This document shows positions 1 to 9,930 of a stretch of DNA of 64,000 bases, piece after piece; position 1 is the first letter of the stretch; each line of letters opens with the position of its first letter. Below the pieces are notes generated by a model. That model was not told the DNA's origin. It did no database searches and saw only the letters and a list, made by a program, of their open reading frames with translations. A program made the position numbers and the translations under genes. Source of the DNA: Candidatus Bathyarchaeota archaeon (GTDB lineage: Archaea; Thermoproteota; Bathyarchaeia; 40CM-2-53-6); contig CAVSBL010000002.1 in assembly GCA_963726255.1 (NCBI GenBank), forward strand, positions 64,001 through 128,000, written 5' to 3'.

Positions 1-823
1 CGGTACCGGTAACGGTACCCCCAGTCATTCCCGTGAGTGCTTCCGCATAATTAGACGCAGCCGGGTAGTTCTGTAAGGGCTCTTTGTGACAATATGTTAG
101 ACCGCCCGTTCTCGATGTGCCGGATATCCCAGGCTCATTTTTGCTATCGTAACCTCCCGATATTGATTGGTATGCGACTTTCATTATTCCTGAGGAGAAT
201 GCTGATTGACTTTGACCGAAAACCTGAAGCGGAACGGGCCACTGAAATGAGAACACGTTCCCCCTACTTGTGGCGATGAGGATCGAGTTCTGGGGAAAGG
301 CAGGGCTCGGGTCTGGCAGGGTAACGGCGAATGGCAACGCCAGCACCACAGCATGATTTACTTCGCCCGGGTTAAGGAAACGGTTTGCTTGGTTGAAGGC
401 GTAGGGAGCGATTGTGCTGGTTGGGTTCAGTATGCAGGGTGCCGGGTTGGGGGATGAGCAACCTGACCCTGCGGGCCCTGTGGAATTTATGTAGATCCTT
501 GCGACCTGAACTCCAACCCCACCTAAGTTGCTTAAGCTCATATTGTAGCAGTTGTATGTGGTCGTGCAACCGCTCCCCCAACCGGAAATAGTGGCAGAGG
601 TTAGAATTGTCAGACCTGGGGAATTGATCACTAGTTTTTCTGAGAACTGTTGACTATCTTGTTGCCCCATCTTCTTGACCAATTGTTGGTATTGGTTGTA
701 TTGCTGTGAAACGAAAACCGTCGTCCCAAGCGCCGTTAGTATAAGTGAGAGTACTATCAGCCCGCCAATCATCGTACTAACCGCGTGGCGTCGGCGAAAG
801 CCCAAGATTAGGGGCCTAAGCAT
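1..823 (-). CDS. Large pilin-like protein with class III signal peptide; paralog of 867..2186; runs off the left edge
   Basis: Manual translation from the ATG at 823 gives MLRPLILGFRRRHA|VSTMIGGLIVLSLILTALG..., open to position 1 and collinear with 867..2186. Missing from the ORF track because there is no stop inside the window. Confidence 0.85.
   Translation of the reverse strand, partial: MLRPLILGFRRRHAVSTMIGGLIVLSLILTALGTTVFVSQQYNQYQQLVKKMGQQDSQQFSEKLVINSPGLTILTSATISGWGSGCTTTYNCYNMSLSNLGGVGVQVARIYINSTGPAGSGCSSPNPAPCILNPTSTIAPYAFNQANRFLNPGEVNHAVVLALPFAVTLPDPSPAFPQNSILIATSRGNVFSFQWPVPLQVFGQSQSAFSSGIMKVAYQSISGGYDSKNEPGISGTSRTGGLTYCHKEPLQNYPAASNYAEALTGMTGGTVTGT
353..499. repeat. 147-bp block identical to 1707..1853
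   Basis: Base-by-base identity between the two tandem pilin-like paralogs; the flanks are clearly diverged. Confidence 0.9.
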
Positions 824-866
824 TCTGGTAGCCTCTTCGCTTTTGGTACTAATCGCTACTTTCAAG

Positions 867-2186
867 TTATGTGCACGGGCTTGTTGATGATGGTTCGTAT
901 CGTATCCATAGTCCGGAACCAAGGATTGTGCCGGAAAAGTAACTTTGGTCTTCGGCATTACTGTTCAAGCCATTCGTGATTGACGCTGCACCCCAGAGCA
1001 TGGCTGACGGGGCTCCAGGCTGCACATCCCATGGGGTGTTTGTTAAGCCAAAGTATTTGATTAGGAATATTGCGTAGTAAAATGCACCAGGTGCAATAAA
1101 CGGCGGATTCGATGTAGGATAGAATGCGCCATTGTAGTAAACGCCGATTAGATAACCGTCAATGTGGTTGGACCCGTACCACATTAGGTCTATTGTTCCG
1201 GCGTCGGGGTTATAGGACGTGGTCCCTGTGTTTACCACAACCATGTAGATGTAGAGCGTTGTACTGCCCGCGAGCGCGCCGGTGCTAGTCACGATTGCCT
1301 TACTATTGCCCCCGGTGATCCATGGGTTTACGAACCACAGTACGCCCGAGTCCCCGGAGGGCAATCCAGGTATATTTGTGAGTTTTTCCGCGTAACCGGG
1401 ACCTGCCGGATATGGTTGCGAGGACTCTGTGTGGCAATATTTGGATCCGGTTCCCCCACTATTGCCTCCACTGCCTCCTGCCACTGGGCCAGGTTCATTC
1501 TTGCTATCGAATCCCGTTCCCGTGTATGCGATTTTCATATTTCCCTGGGAATATGCTGATTGACTTTGACCGAAAACCGAAGCCTGAAGCGGCCATTGAA
1601 ATGTGAACACGTTCCCCCTACTTGTTGCGATGAGGATCGTGTTCTGGGGAAAGGCAGGGTTCGGGTTTGGCAGGGCAACGCCGATAGGTAACGCGAGGAT
1701 CACCTGATGATTTACTTCGCCCGGGTTAAGGAAACGGTTTGCTTGGTTGAAGGCGTAGGGAGCGATTGTGCTGGTTGGGTTCAGTATGCAGGGTGCCGGG
1801 TTGGGGGATGAGCAACCTGACCCTGCGGGCCCTGTGGAATTTATGTAGATCCTCGTGACCTGAACTCCGACGGTTCCTAGGTTGCTTATGGTAGCATTGT
1901 AGCAGTTGTATTTGTTGACACCACTACCATCACACCCGCTCCCCCAACCGGAAATAGTCGAGTTTACAATTGTTAGGCCGGGGGATATGGCTACGAGGTT
2001 TTCTGACCATTGTTGATTACGGTATTGGGCCATTTTGTTGGCTGTTTGTTGGTATTGGTCGTATTGCTGCGAAACGAAAACCATCGTCCCAAGCGCCGTG
2101 AGCAGGAGGGTTAGAACTATCACCCCGCCGATTATCGTGCTAACCGCACGCCGACGCCGAAGCCTGAAGATGAGGGTCCCAGACAT
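867..2186 (-). CDS. Large pilin-like protein (minor pilin or adhesin), class III signal peptide
   Basis: RRRRRA|VSTIIGG followed by a hydrophobic stretch; ISNLGTVGVQVTRIYIN and ATSRGNVF are typical archaeal pilin motifs. Confidence 0.85.
   Translation of the reverse strand: MSGTLIFRLRRRRAVSTIIGGVIVLTLLLTALGTMVFVSQQYDQYQQTANKMAQYRNQQWSENLVAISPGLTIVNSTISGWGSGCDGSGVNKYNCYNATISNLGTVGVQVTRIYINSTGPAGSGCSSPNPAPCILNPTSTIAPYAFNQANRFLNPGEVNHQVILALPIGVALPNPNPAFPQNTILIATSRGNVFTFQWPLQASVFGQSQSAYSQGNMKIAYTGTGFDSKNEPGPVAGGSGGNSGGTGSKYCHTESSQPYPAGPGYAEKLTNIPGLPSGDSGVLWFVNPWITGGNSKAIVTSTGALAGSTTLYIYMVVVNTGTTSYNPDAGTIDLMWYGSNHIDGYLIGVYYNGAFYPTSNPPFIAPGAFYYAIFLIKYFGLTNTPWDVQPGAPSAMLWGAASITNGLNSNAEDQSYFSGTILGSGLWIRYEPSSTSPCT
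1707..1853. repeat. 147-bp block identical to 353..499
   Basis: Direct comparison of the two copies. Confidence 0.9.
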
Positions 2187-2695
2187 TATGGCGCCCTCGC
2201 GGTGTACGCCACCTGGTTACCTCTCGCTGAGGCGACGACAATGTAGAAGATGTTCCCCGTAACCCAGGGGCAAGTATTTGGGGGACAGGCGCTGTTCGGC
2301 CAATTCAAGCTAAACTCACAGACTGACCCGACTCCCAGACTGGCGGAGGTTCCGGAAAAGGAGCACCATCCGTGGTTCGCTCCGGAAACAGGTGTGAGTG
2401 ATGTGCCGTTTACGTAGATGGCGCCAATGTTGATGTTTATGGGTCCGACGTTCCGGACGAAGACAAAGATTTGCTGGGGACTGGCCGTCCTGTTGAAGAA
2501 GACTTCTTCGATAACGAAATTCTCTTGGAGCGCCTGGCCGCGTTGGGCGAAGAAGACTTGTGTTCCTCCCGTGAACGCTCCATAGCTTGTGCCTGCCCAT
2601 GCGACTAAGATTGCTGCGAGAGAAAGTGTAATCGAAATCATTAGCATGTTTGCTATTACGGTGCTGACGCCGAGTCTACTTTTCCATCGCTTCAT
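2186..2695 (-). CDS. Archaeal type IV pilin
   Basis: KSRLG|VSTVIANMLMISITLSLAAILVAW; VRNVG..I.AIYVNG and SARGN motifs. Start moved to the ATG at 2695. Confidence 0.85.
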   Translation of the reverse strand: MKRWKSRLGVSTVIANMLMISITLSLAAILVAWAGTSYGAFTGGTQVFFAQRGQALQENFVIEEVFFNRTASPQQIFVFVRNVGPININIGAIYVNGTSLTPVSGANHGWCSFSGTSASLGVGSVCEFSLNWPNSACPPNTCPWVTGNIFYIVVASARGNQVAYTARAP

Positions 2696-2699
2696 CCTT

Positions 2700-3584
2700 C
2701 TACGCCCTCCATACGAATAGAAAGAACGCAAGGAATGTGATAAGCAAAAGCAGCAGAGTGTGTTTGAGCCCTGCCCCCATCTTGGCTTCGCTCATTTTCC
2801 CGGCGATGAGCCCACCGAAAATTCCTTCAATTATCGTAGCGTGAAACAGGATGCTCTTCAGAAGTGCAATGTCGACTTTGCCTGCGCCACCGAATACGCT
2901 CCCACCCCCCCCAGCAGTTTGAAGCACTTGATTCTGCAGTTGTTGTATCTGTGTGAAGAATGTCTGAATCAGCAATATATCGGTGAAAAGGAATACTCCG
3001 AAGGCAATGTAAACCACGACTGCGTATGGCCGCATCTGCGCATACCTTTCCCGGTCGATTGACTGTAGTTCGCCGATGTGTCGGTTGACTTGTTCCATGA
3101 TTTCCTGCGTGTCGCCTCCTGAGCGTGCGACTTCAGTTATCAGGGTTGCAGTTCTCTGGGCTAGTTTCGTTCTCGCCCGGATGGCGAAGGCTCGAAATGC
3201 TTCTTCGAGGCTACTTCCCCACGATATTTGCGCCAAGAGACGCTTCAACTCAGGGGTCAGTGGGCCGTAGTCTCTGTCTGCGGACACTTCGATGGCTCTG
3301 GTCAGCGTTAGGCCAGTTCTTCCAGATTCTGCTATTTCGCGTAAGAGCCTAGGAATATTCTTGTCGATTCCACGCTGCCACCTCAAGTCCAGATACTCAA
3401 CAGCCGCTGGAGGAAACAGCGATATGATAAGGCCCACCACAATCAGCCGGTCCCATTGCAGCGGCAGGCTCAGGCGCATCACGAGTTGGCCTACGACAGC
3501 CGCTACGGTCATGGAGACACATATGGCGGCGGATACGGCCGCAACTATTCGCTTCTCATTAGGTTCGATTTTCGGCATTTTCAA
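2700..3584 (-). CDS. Type II secretion F / TadC-like pilus membrane platform protein
   Basis: IPRLLREIAESGRTGLTLTRAI...YGPLTPEL...WGSSLEEAF motif with several TM segments. Confidence 0.9.
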   Translation of the reverse strand: MKMPKIEPNEKRIVAAVSAAICVSMTVAAVVGQLVMRLSLPLQWDRLIVVGLIISLFPPAAVEYLDLRWQRGIDKNIPRLLREIAESGRTGLTLTRAIEVSADRDYGPLTPELKRLLAQISWGSSLEEAFRAFAIRARTKLAQRTATLITEVARSGGDTQEIMEQVNRHIGELQSIDRERYAQMRPYAVVVYIAFGVFLFTDILLIQTFFTQIQQLQNQVLQTAGGGGSVFGGAGKVDIALLKSILFHATIIEGIFGGLIAGKMSEAKMGAGLKHTLLLLLITFLAFFLFVWRA

Positions 3585-4501
3585 TCCTCCACAAGCATAG
3601 AATCCAGCATAACCAAAACGACACCAGCTGAAAGCGGGACAATTCCGTAAGTTACCAGCGACATCATTGTGGTAACTGAGAGACCTCCCAAGCCTCCGCC
3701 GATGAGTGCCATGACTGAGAACATTACGATGATAAGCAACGGAAATACGACCAACAATGTCACGTAGATATCCGCGAAGGTCGCGAGACTCTCAATCAGT
3801 TGCTTGGCGGCGACTCGTCGGAGGTCCATCATCATCCTGGTCGAGTCCTGAAGGTAACCCTTCATGTTCCCTCCAGAACGGATCGTTGCCACTAGCCCTT
3901 CGAGGACTTCAGCAAAGACGCTCGAAGGTGACCGCATCCTCTCAGCTTCTAGGGCTGTTATGATATCATCGCCCAGTATCTCTACGTCTCTAACCACCTC
4001 GTTAGCTTCGGAAGCAACTTCTGGCGTCGTACGAGAATCTTCGAGAAGCTTGAACATGCGTGCAGGCGGCATCCCTGCTGCTGCCAGAATTGACATGTGC
4101 GTCGTTACGTATGGTAGCTCAAGGTCCATTCTCCTCCGGCGGCTAGTTGCCAGCATGCTCGGAATACCATAGAGAACTCCGAAGACAAGAGCGCCTAAGA
4201 GAATGCTGACTCCAAACGCGAACAAAGCGGTCAAGATCACTGGCATGCCGAGAACGAGCGCGACGGCGATTGTAGCTGAAAGGCCCGCGGCAAACGACAC
4301 TGCCGACAACATTACCATTAGGCTGACGTAGGAGTGAAGGCCGATCTTCAAACCCGCCTTCTGGAGATTTAAACCGAGGTCGGAGAAATATGGAAGATAC
4401 TTCTGTACTCTAACCCCCAAGTATTGAAAAGCAAGTAACCAAGGCGCCTTGAAAGCAGAGAGAGTGCCGTCATGGGCTGCTTTCTTTGAAATCTTGGTCA
4501 T
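3581..4501 (-). CDS. Type II secretion F / TadB-like pilus membrane protein
   Basis: ELPYVTTHMSILAAAGMPP...GDDIITAL...SPS...IRSGG. Confidence 0.9.
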   Translation of the reverse strand: MTKISKKAAHDGTLSAFKAPWLLAFQYLGVRVQKYLPYFSDLGLNLQKAGLKIGLHSYVSLMVMLSAVSFAAGLSATIAVALVLGMPVILTALFAFGVSILLGALVFGVLYGIPSMLATSRRRRMDLELPYVTTHMSILAAAGMPPARMFKLLEDSRTTPEVASEANEVVRDVEILGDDIITALEAERMRSPSSVFAEVLEGLVATIRSGGNMKGYLQDSTRMMMDLRRVAAKQLIESLATFADIYVTLLVVFPLLIIVMFSVMALIGGGLGGLSVTTMMSLVTYGIVPLSAGVVLVMLDSMLVED

Positions 4502-6102
4502 GTTCCCTCACTCAGCAGGGATAACCTTGCCCGTTCGAATGTTTTCGCCGGATCAGCATAGTAGTCTCTGATGACCCCACCGACATCGTGATATCTGCGA
4601 ATGTTCTTCTTCACCATGTAATCCAAGACGGTTTTTCGCCTGAGGAGTTCTTCTCTCACTGTATCCGCCGCCGCTCCCGCCCTCTCCGCGAGTCTTTCAA
4701 TCGTTTGGCTTCGGCCAGAGTACGTGAACGAATCCGTTCGAGCATCCCATCTGTAAACATCGTTAAGGTCAATCTCACCAGAGCTCGGATCGATGCCGAG
4801 GACTTCAGTCAACTGAACCAATCTGCGCGCGGGTCTGCCGTTGATTTTCAGTCGTGATTGTACGCCGATCAGATGAAGCGTTGGCAGAAGAGTTCGTGGG
4901 ATATTCAGTGGTGCAGATTCGAGTCTTCGAATGGCCGCCCTGACCGAATCAGCGTGCAGGCTGGATAAGCCTCCGTGGCCGGTTGCCATCGCTTGAAACA
5001 GAGTGAATGCTTCCTCGCCCCTCACTTCGCCGACTATGACGTAGTCTGGGCGTTGGCGCATGGCTGCCTTCAATAGGTCGAATGTGGAAATTTCGGCGCT
5101 ACTTCCTATCGAACCGAATCCGACGCGTGCGATTGATGATATCCAGTTTTCGTGGGGAATGTTCATTTCAGGAGTGTCTTCAATCGTGATGACTTTGTCG
5201 TCAGGCATGATGAACATGGACACGCAGTTTAGTAGGGTGGTCTTTCCTGAAGCCGTGCCGCCCCCAATTAGGATGCAGGCTTTTTTCTCGATCGCATACC
5301 AGAAGTAAGCGCCGATCTCCGATGTCATGGTGTTGAAAGAGATCATATCAGTTATTGTCAGCGGGTCGGCCTTGAATCGTCTTATGGTGAAGCTGCTGCC
5401 ATGGCGCGTGACTTCTTTTGCGTAAGTTAGTTGGATTCTGCTTCCGTCGGGAAGCCCGCCGTCAACCATCGGCGAAGCGATTGAGACATGTTTGTTGCAG
5501 AGATAGGCTAGTTTGACAACAAAATTGTCCAGTTCTTTGGTGCTGTCGAATCTGATGTTTGTTGGAATTGACTCGTATTGGCGATGCCAAACGTAGAGGG
5601 GCACACCCGGTCCATCACAGCTTACGTCCTCAATCATATGGTCGCGCATTAGCGGCTCTATGCGGCCTAGGTTGACGAGATCTCTTGAGAGATAATACAT
5701 CAGCTTGTCGAGAGTCTCTGCGGCGATCTTCAGCTTGTAATCCTTAACAGTGGCCTCAACTCGTCCTCTCAGGAATTTCGCGGCTTCCTCTAACGACCCG
5801 ATTTTGCGAACGTCGACGTCAAGTTCTTCCACAAGGATGCTACGGATCTTGGAGTAGAGCGTCTTCTCCTCTTCGAGAAGGGTCGGTTCGATTACGTAGT
5901 AAAGCATGCCACCTGTCTTTGGCTCCTTAGCTATTGCCGCGTAAGCGTAAGGTTCGATTAGTAAGTAGACTTCCTTGAAACTGGACGGGACCTCGGCTGG
6001 CGAGACGACCGTAGGCTTTACAAGCGCTGCCTGTTGAGCAGGGGCGTGGGCCTTACCGTTGCGAGGTCTGCGCAGTGATTCTTTGAGGCCCATCGGAGAC
6101 AC
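4498..6102 (-). CDS. Type II/IV secretion (VirB11/ArlI-like) pilus assembly ATPase
   Basis: Walker A GGTASGKTT, Asp box TIEDTPE, Walker B RQRPDYVIVGEVRG, His box TGHGGLSSLHA. Confidence 0.95.
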   Translation of the reverse strand: MSPMGLKESLRRPRNGKAHAPAQQAALVKPTVVSPAEVPSSFKEVYLLIEPYAYAAIAKEPKTGGMLYYVIEPTLLEEEKTLYSKIRSILVEELDVDVRKIGSLEEAAKFLRGRVEATVKDYKLKIAAETLDKLMYYLSRDLVNLGRIEPLMRDHMIEDVSCDGPGVPLYVWHRQYESIPTNIRFDSTKELDNFVVKLAYLCNKHVSIASPMVDGGLPDGSRIQLTYAKEVTRHGSSFTIRRFKADPLTITDMISFNTMTSEIGAYFWYAIEKKACILIGGGTASGKTTLLNCVSMFIMPDDKVITIEDTPEMNIPHENWISSIARVGFGSIGSSAEISTFDLLKAAMRQRPDYVIVGEVRGEEAFTLFQAMATGHGGLSSLHADSVRAAIRRLESAPLNIPRTLLPTLHLIGVQSRLKINGRPARRLVQLTEVLGIDPSSGEIDLNDVYRWDARTDSFTYSGRSQTIERLAERAGAAADTVREELLRRKTVLDYMVKKNIRRYHDVGGVIRDYYADPAKTFERARLSLLSEGT

Positions 6103-6116
6103 CGCTTGTTATAGAA

Positions 6117-6362
6117 TCACTTGGTGCGTGCTGTGGTTGCTACCTTTTGGTCAGCATATACAACAGGAGGCTGATACGGTAAACTTGTCCTTGCCTTGCG
6201 AATCGCATAGATTAGGAAGAACTCCTCTCCGGCATCTTGGAGCCTTAGAGTGACATCAGTCTCGCCCTCTATTCCAATGAGGTCCGCAATATCATTAGGA
6301 ATTCTGACGTAGATTGATTTATTCAGCCTAACCGGCCTAATCTTGAGCGCCAACCAAATCAA
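6117..6362 (-). CDS. AbrB/MazE-like small DNA-binding protein heading the pilus operon
   Basis: NKSIYVRIPNDIADLIGI swapped-hairpin motif. Confidence 0.65.
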   Translation of the reverse strand: MIWLALKIRPVRLNKSIYVRIPNDIADLIGIEGETDVTLRLQDAGEEFFLIYAIRKARTSLPYQPPVVYADQKVATTARTK

Positions 6363-6756
6363 CTGGAAGGCTGGTTTAGCTTATGCTTTGGATATTCTTG
6401 GTGTCCTCTTAGCTGTGGCATAGTGGTGACAGAATTCTTTCAGTAGCCCGCTAAGTTCACTCTGACGGGAAGCTCAAGCGACTGTACCCAACACAGTAGG
6501 TCCTGCTATCGGAAGGGGCTCGTCTCTACGTTAAAGGGACGCTAATCGAATCTTCGCAATGACAATCGGTGCTATGTCAACTATACTTCTACTTCCTCGC
6601 CGATCTGTACGCCTTTCAATACTACACTGTTACCTGACGCGAACTCGCCGTCCTCGCCAAGTCTTGTTTACCAAAGATTAAGCAGAGGACTCCGCCATTA
6701 ATCACGCTAATGATAATTGAGAAAAGAAAGGAAGGGGAGGGGAGTTTGAATTGTGC

Positions 6757-7245
6757 TTAGCTGGTCTGTCCTGCTATTGCTGAGTAGGAGAAGACTCCGC
6801 CGTCTGGCAATACAATTTTAACTGGGTACGCTGCCCCGGCCGTGACATCTCCAGCGGCAGTGCCAGTTGCCGGCACTGTAAGGCTCACTGAGCACGCTCC
6901 TGATCCGGGCGCTAGAGTTGCAGTGCAGGCAGGAGCCGTGCCGCCAGTACCAGCCGTGACTAAGTTTCCGGCGACAAAAAACGAAGCTCCCAGAACGTTA
7001 AGCGAGGAAGAGCCAACGTTTTGGAGGTACAGAATAAGCTGAGTAGAAGTACCCCAATTATATGCCGCCATTATTAATTGATCTTTGGTTTGTTGTCCTC
7101 CGCTGCTGCCTAAGCTTCCCATTAATCCGATTGAGAACACGTAGAGCAACACGGCGGCTGCTACGGCGATGGCGATCAGGAGGAGCGCTGCTATAATGAC
7201 TGAAACTCCGCGCTTGCTGAATTGTTTGCCCATGATGGTCATCAT
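6757..7245 (-). CDS. Archaeal type IV pilin, probably the major pilin
   Basis: SKRG|VSVIIAALLLIAIAVAAAVLLYVF; YLQNVGS; strong SD GGAGGTGA upstream; pyrimidine-rich terminator-like tract downstream. Confidence 0.9.
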   Translation of the reverse strand: MMTIMGKQFSKRGVSVIIAALLLIAIAVAAAVLLYVFSIGLMGSLGSSGGQQTKDQLIMAAYNWGTSTQLILYLQNVGSSSLNVLGASFFVAGNLVTAGTGGTAPACTATLAPGSGACSVSLTVPATGTAAGDVTAGAAYPVKIVLPDGGVFSYSAIAGQTS

Positions 7246-7277
7246 TTCGATGTTTCACCTCCGCATCGCGTTGACGA

Positions 7278-7342
7278 GCTTAGCAAATGCTAAGCGGCCC
7301 GTAATGGTTGTGTTGTAACCGAGTTTACCTATCAGGGGTTAC
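7278..7342. promoter_or_regulatory. Two palindromic putative operators upstream of the pilin gene
   Basis: GCTTAGCA-AA-TGCTAAGC (7278-7295) and TGTAACC-N16-GGTTAC (7314-7342). Confidence 0.5.
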
Positions 7343-7524
7343 GTCATTCTATTCCGGCGTGGGGAGGCAAACTGTTACTGACATGGATTATCCACGCGAA
7401 ACAGCCGAGCCGATTTTTCCTCTTCGTAATCCGTTGGCCTTTTCACAGCGTTCTGAGAATCGAGTGAGGCAACGCCTACGCGGGTGTTTCGCGATTAGGA
7501 TACCATCGTTTCGGAGGAAGTCCT

Positions 7525-7785
7525 CTAGTCTCGTCGCGTGACCAAGAGGCCCAACGCCAGTCCCACGCAGAAGGTGACAAACATTAGCACAAAGAGCGAC
7601 TTGAGAAGCATCGTTGCGTCCATGGTCCAGTCTGAGGCCCCGTTAGTGTAAATATTCAGAACCACAAACTGACTGTGCAAAACAAACTTAGTCAGAGTTA
7701 GCGCGGTCAGCACTAGACCAGACATAATTCCTACGGATAAGGCTCCAACGATCCTGTTAAGTCTCAAGAAACTCAAGTGGCTCAA
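7525..7785 (-). CDS. Small two-TM membrane protein
   Basis: 86-aa ORF with two hydrophobic segments. Confidence 0.55.
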   Translation of the reverse strand: MSHLSFLRLNRIVGALSVGIMSGLVLTALTLTKFVLHSQFVVLNIYTNGASDWTMDATMLLKSLFVLMFVTFCVGLALGLLVTRRD

Positions 7786-7886
7786 CCGAAGATTACGTCA
7801 CTGGTTTGCCTAATATGATTTTGCAAAACTTCTCCAAAACAACTTCCAGCCGAAGCCCACCAACCCCTCAACATCGGTTCCGCGAC

Positions 7887-7916
7887 TGTAACCTGCTTTT
7901 GAGGGCCAGGGTTACA
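7887..7916. promoter_or_regulatory. Palindromic putative operator TGTAACC-N16-GGTTACA
   Basis: Same half-sites and same 16-bp spacing as 7314-7342. Confidence 0.5.
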
Positions 7917-7987
7917 TCACACTATTCACGAATGAACCGCCCACTAGCTAGTTCTGTGGAGAAACCACGCGAGTGGATTGGTGTAAT

Positions 7988-8239
7988 ATGGCGGCGCGCA
8001 ATTCAGCGAAAGAAAAAGTTCGGGAAGTACTGAAAGCATCACCAATCCCCATGGACGTTGAAAATGTTCGGTCGAGGGCAGGCCTAAAGAACTGGGAATC
8101 AACAAAATCGATCCTACTGGAGATGGTTCTTCAAGGTTCGATTCTCGGCCAAAAGACAACAAAGTCATGGATATTCTGGATCAACACGCCAGCCGCACTA
8201 GTCCAACACCCGAGGCGCGGGCGCCGCGGAGGAGGCTAA
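7988..8239 (+). CDS. Small winged-helix DNA-binding protein
   Basis: KVREVLK...MDVENVRSRAGLKNWESTKSILLEMVLQGSI...KSWIFW fits a wHTH pattern. Confidence 0.6.
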   Translation: MAARNSAKEKVREVLKASPIPMDVENVRSRAGLKNWESTKSILLEMVLQGSILGQKTTKSWIFWINTPAALVQHPRRGRRGGG

Positions 8240-8267
8240 TGACCGATGGCATTTCTCGCGAAGGCGT

Positions 8268-8936
8268 TTACAAACGTAGCAGGACCTCGATCACAGCAGC
8301 GGCTAGGAGGCCTATCAAGCTGATGAAAAGGATATTCAGATCTGCTCGCAGGAACCCCACTATCCGATTGCCGCCTATTCGATTCAACACTATCCTCAAT
8401 GGTTCGGCGACACACATCAAGACAAACAAGAATTCCAAGGGCGCATGTAGCCAGGAAGCCGCAAGCAAACGATTCAACATTGCCGGCCCTCCGACTTCCG
8501 AAACGAGCATCAGAGTTGCGCCGAGATTAAAGAAACCGATCAGGCCACCTGTCAACAATGAAAAGCCAGTCAGCAGAAGATTCCTAGTAGAGCCACGAAT
8601 TGGCGGAGTCCATCGAACTTTCGCAATTATCAAAGGGTACACGAAAGAGAGTACAACTGGAACGCAATTATTCGCAAAGACGAGTAACATGACCGCCACG
8701 CCACCTAACGCACTCGCACCACGGACTGGGGCAATAGCCCGCGCATTCAGTAAGAAGGTCATTTCTTCCCGAAACGTCAAGGATGAAGCGGTCAATAGTG
8801 CTCCGGCAAGCGAGCCGATGATGAAGGCCAGTGCAGTGGCTCCGAATGCTAGATCAATGAACTTCATTACCACACCTTCTGCTGGGGCGAGATTCATTTT
8901 CGGAGGGGGGTTCAGCAGGATTGGCGTTTGATCCAC
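8268..8936 (-). CDS. SpoIIM/DUF95-like membrane protein
   Basis: VFANN, HAPLEF and LLAAAVIE motifs with multiple TMs; true start uncertain. Confidence 0.65.
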   Translation of the reverse strand: MDQTPILLNPPPKMNLAPAEGVVMKFIDLAFGATALAFIIGSLAGALLTASSLTFREEMTFLLNARAIAPVRGASALGGVAVMLLVFANNCVPVVLSFVYPLIIAKVRWTPPIRGSTRNLLLTGFSLLTGGLIGFFNLGATLMLVSEVGGPAMLNRLLAASWLHAPLEFLFVLMCVAEPLRIVLNRIGGNRIVGFLRADLNILFISLIGLLAAAVIEVLLRL

Positions 8937-9670
8937 TTCTCACCGCGGTAAACCTTCTATCCGTCATAGCCACCGCGGCTTTGGTGTTTTTGACTTCGAA
9001 GCCCTGCCGCGCCTCAAGCGTATCATACCTGCTTGCCATTCCGGCTGGGTTCGGTCTCATTACAATTGCCTTCCTAGTTCAAGTTCTTGAACCATTCCTT
9101 GTCTCAGGTTCACCAGTGCTTGGTCTACCCGTAACGGGCCTATCGTTGCTAATACAAACCTATGGTACACTATTCCTCGTATTCGCATACGCCCGACGAA
9201 CGAGGCTTCGCCTTCTCGGGGAATCAACGACCGCCGAACTCCTGACAGCCGTTCTAGTTACGTTGGCATTTTTCGGTTCAATATTCGCGACGCAAGCACT
9301 TGGGACGGCCCAAGCGGTTCCGATAGCAGCCGAGCTCTTTCTTAGGACCGTGATAATCGCGGCCACAATCTACCTTATGTACGAAACCCTACGGAACTGG
9401 AATCTAACCCATAGGGCATCGGAGGGCTTCGTCACCATCGGCTTCGCATTCTTCCTCGTCGAACAATTAGGTTTCACCTTAGCGCTGGGCTATCTAGGCT
9501 CAGTTGCAACATTTCTGGCATACGAAGGCAGAACTCTAGGACTTTTTGTACTCAACGCGGTACTCATAGTAGGCGTCAAGAAGGGAGACCTGGTTGTCGT
9601 GATGAAAAGGCTCGGCTTAGGCGCACCCGCCCACTCTCGGGCGGTATCCCTGACGCTGCAAAAACAATGA
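8921..9670 (+). CDS. Polytopic membrane protein of unknown function
   Basis: 249 aa with about 7 hydrophobic segments. Confidence 0.65.
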   Translation: MAFDPLLTAVNLLSVIATAALVFLTSKPCRASSVSYLLAIPAGFGLITIAFLVQVLEPFLVSGSPVLGLPVTGLSLLIQTYGTLFLVFAYARRTRLRLLGESTTAELLTAVLVTLAFFGSIFATQALGTAQAVPIAAELFLRTVIIAATIYLMYETLRNWNLTHRASEGFVTIGFAFFLVEQLGFTLALGYLGSVATFLAYEGRTLGLFVLNAVLIVGVKKGDLVVVMKRLGLGAPAHSRAVSLTLQKQ

Positions 9671-9726
9671 GATTTATTGCGCATCGGTGGCCTGGAATTT
9701 CCCTAGGAGGTCCTATCGATTTAGGC

Positions 9727-9930
9727 CTAAACTTCTGGAAAGTAGCGTTTCATAATGCCGATTATCGCTTCATTCTGTCGCGGGTTGAGGGAGACTTGCA
9801 GGCCGTAGCTGGTTGGCTTTAGAACGATCAGCCCAGCGCGCACAAGCTCCCTAGCCATTTTCTCAACTCTCTTGAGGCCCCCTTTCCAAGCTCGCTCTCT
9901 TTGAACCCCTTCTTCAAGTTCTCGAGAGCT
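9727..9930 (-). pseudogene. Truncated, frameshifted small archaeal wHTH-like gene
   Basis: Manual translation LENLKKGFKESELGK / GLKRVEKMARELVRAGLIVLKPTSYGLQVSLNP...*, with a frameshift in a G run and no N-terminus. Confidence 0.5.

Noticed and set aside
1-2186. Diversity-generating retroelement TR/VR pair in the pilin paralogs
   Set aside because: The shared block is identical, flank differences are not adenine-specific, and there is no reverse transcriptase in the window.
2186-7245. Archaellum operon
   Set aside because: No arlF/G/H in the cluster, and two TadB/C-like genes rather than one arlJ; fits a type IV pilus.
8167-8931. 254-aa plus-strand ORF and similar long antisense ORFs (39533..40327, 60566..61213)
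   Set aside because: Shadows of well-supported genes on the opposite strand.
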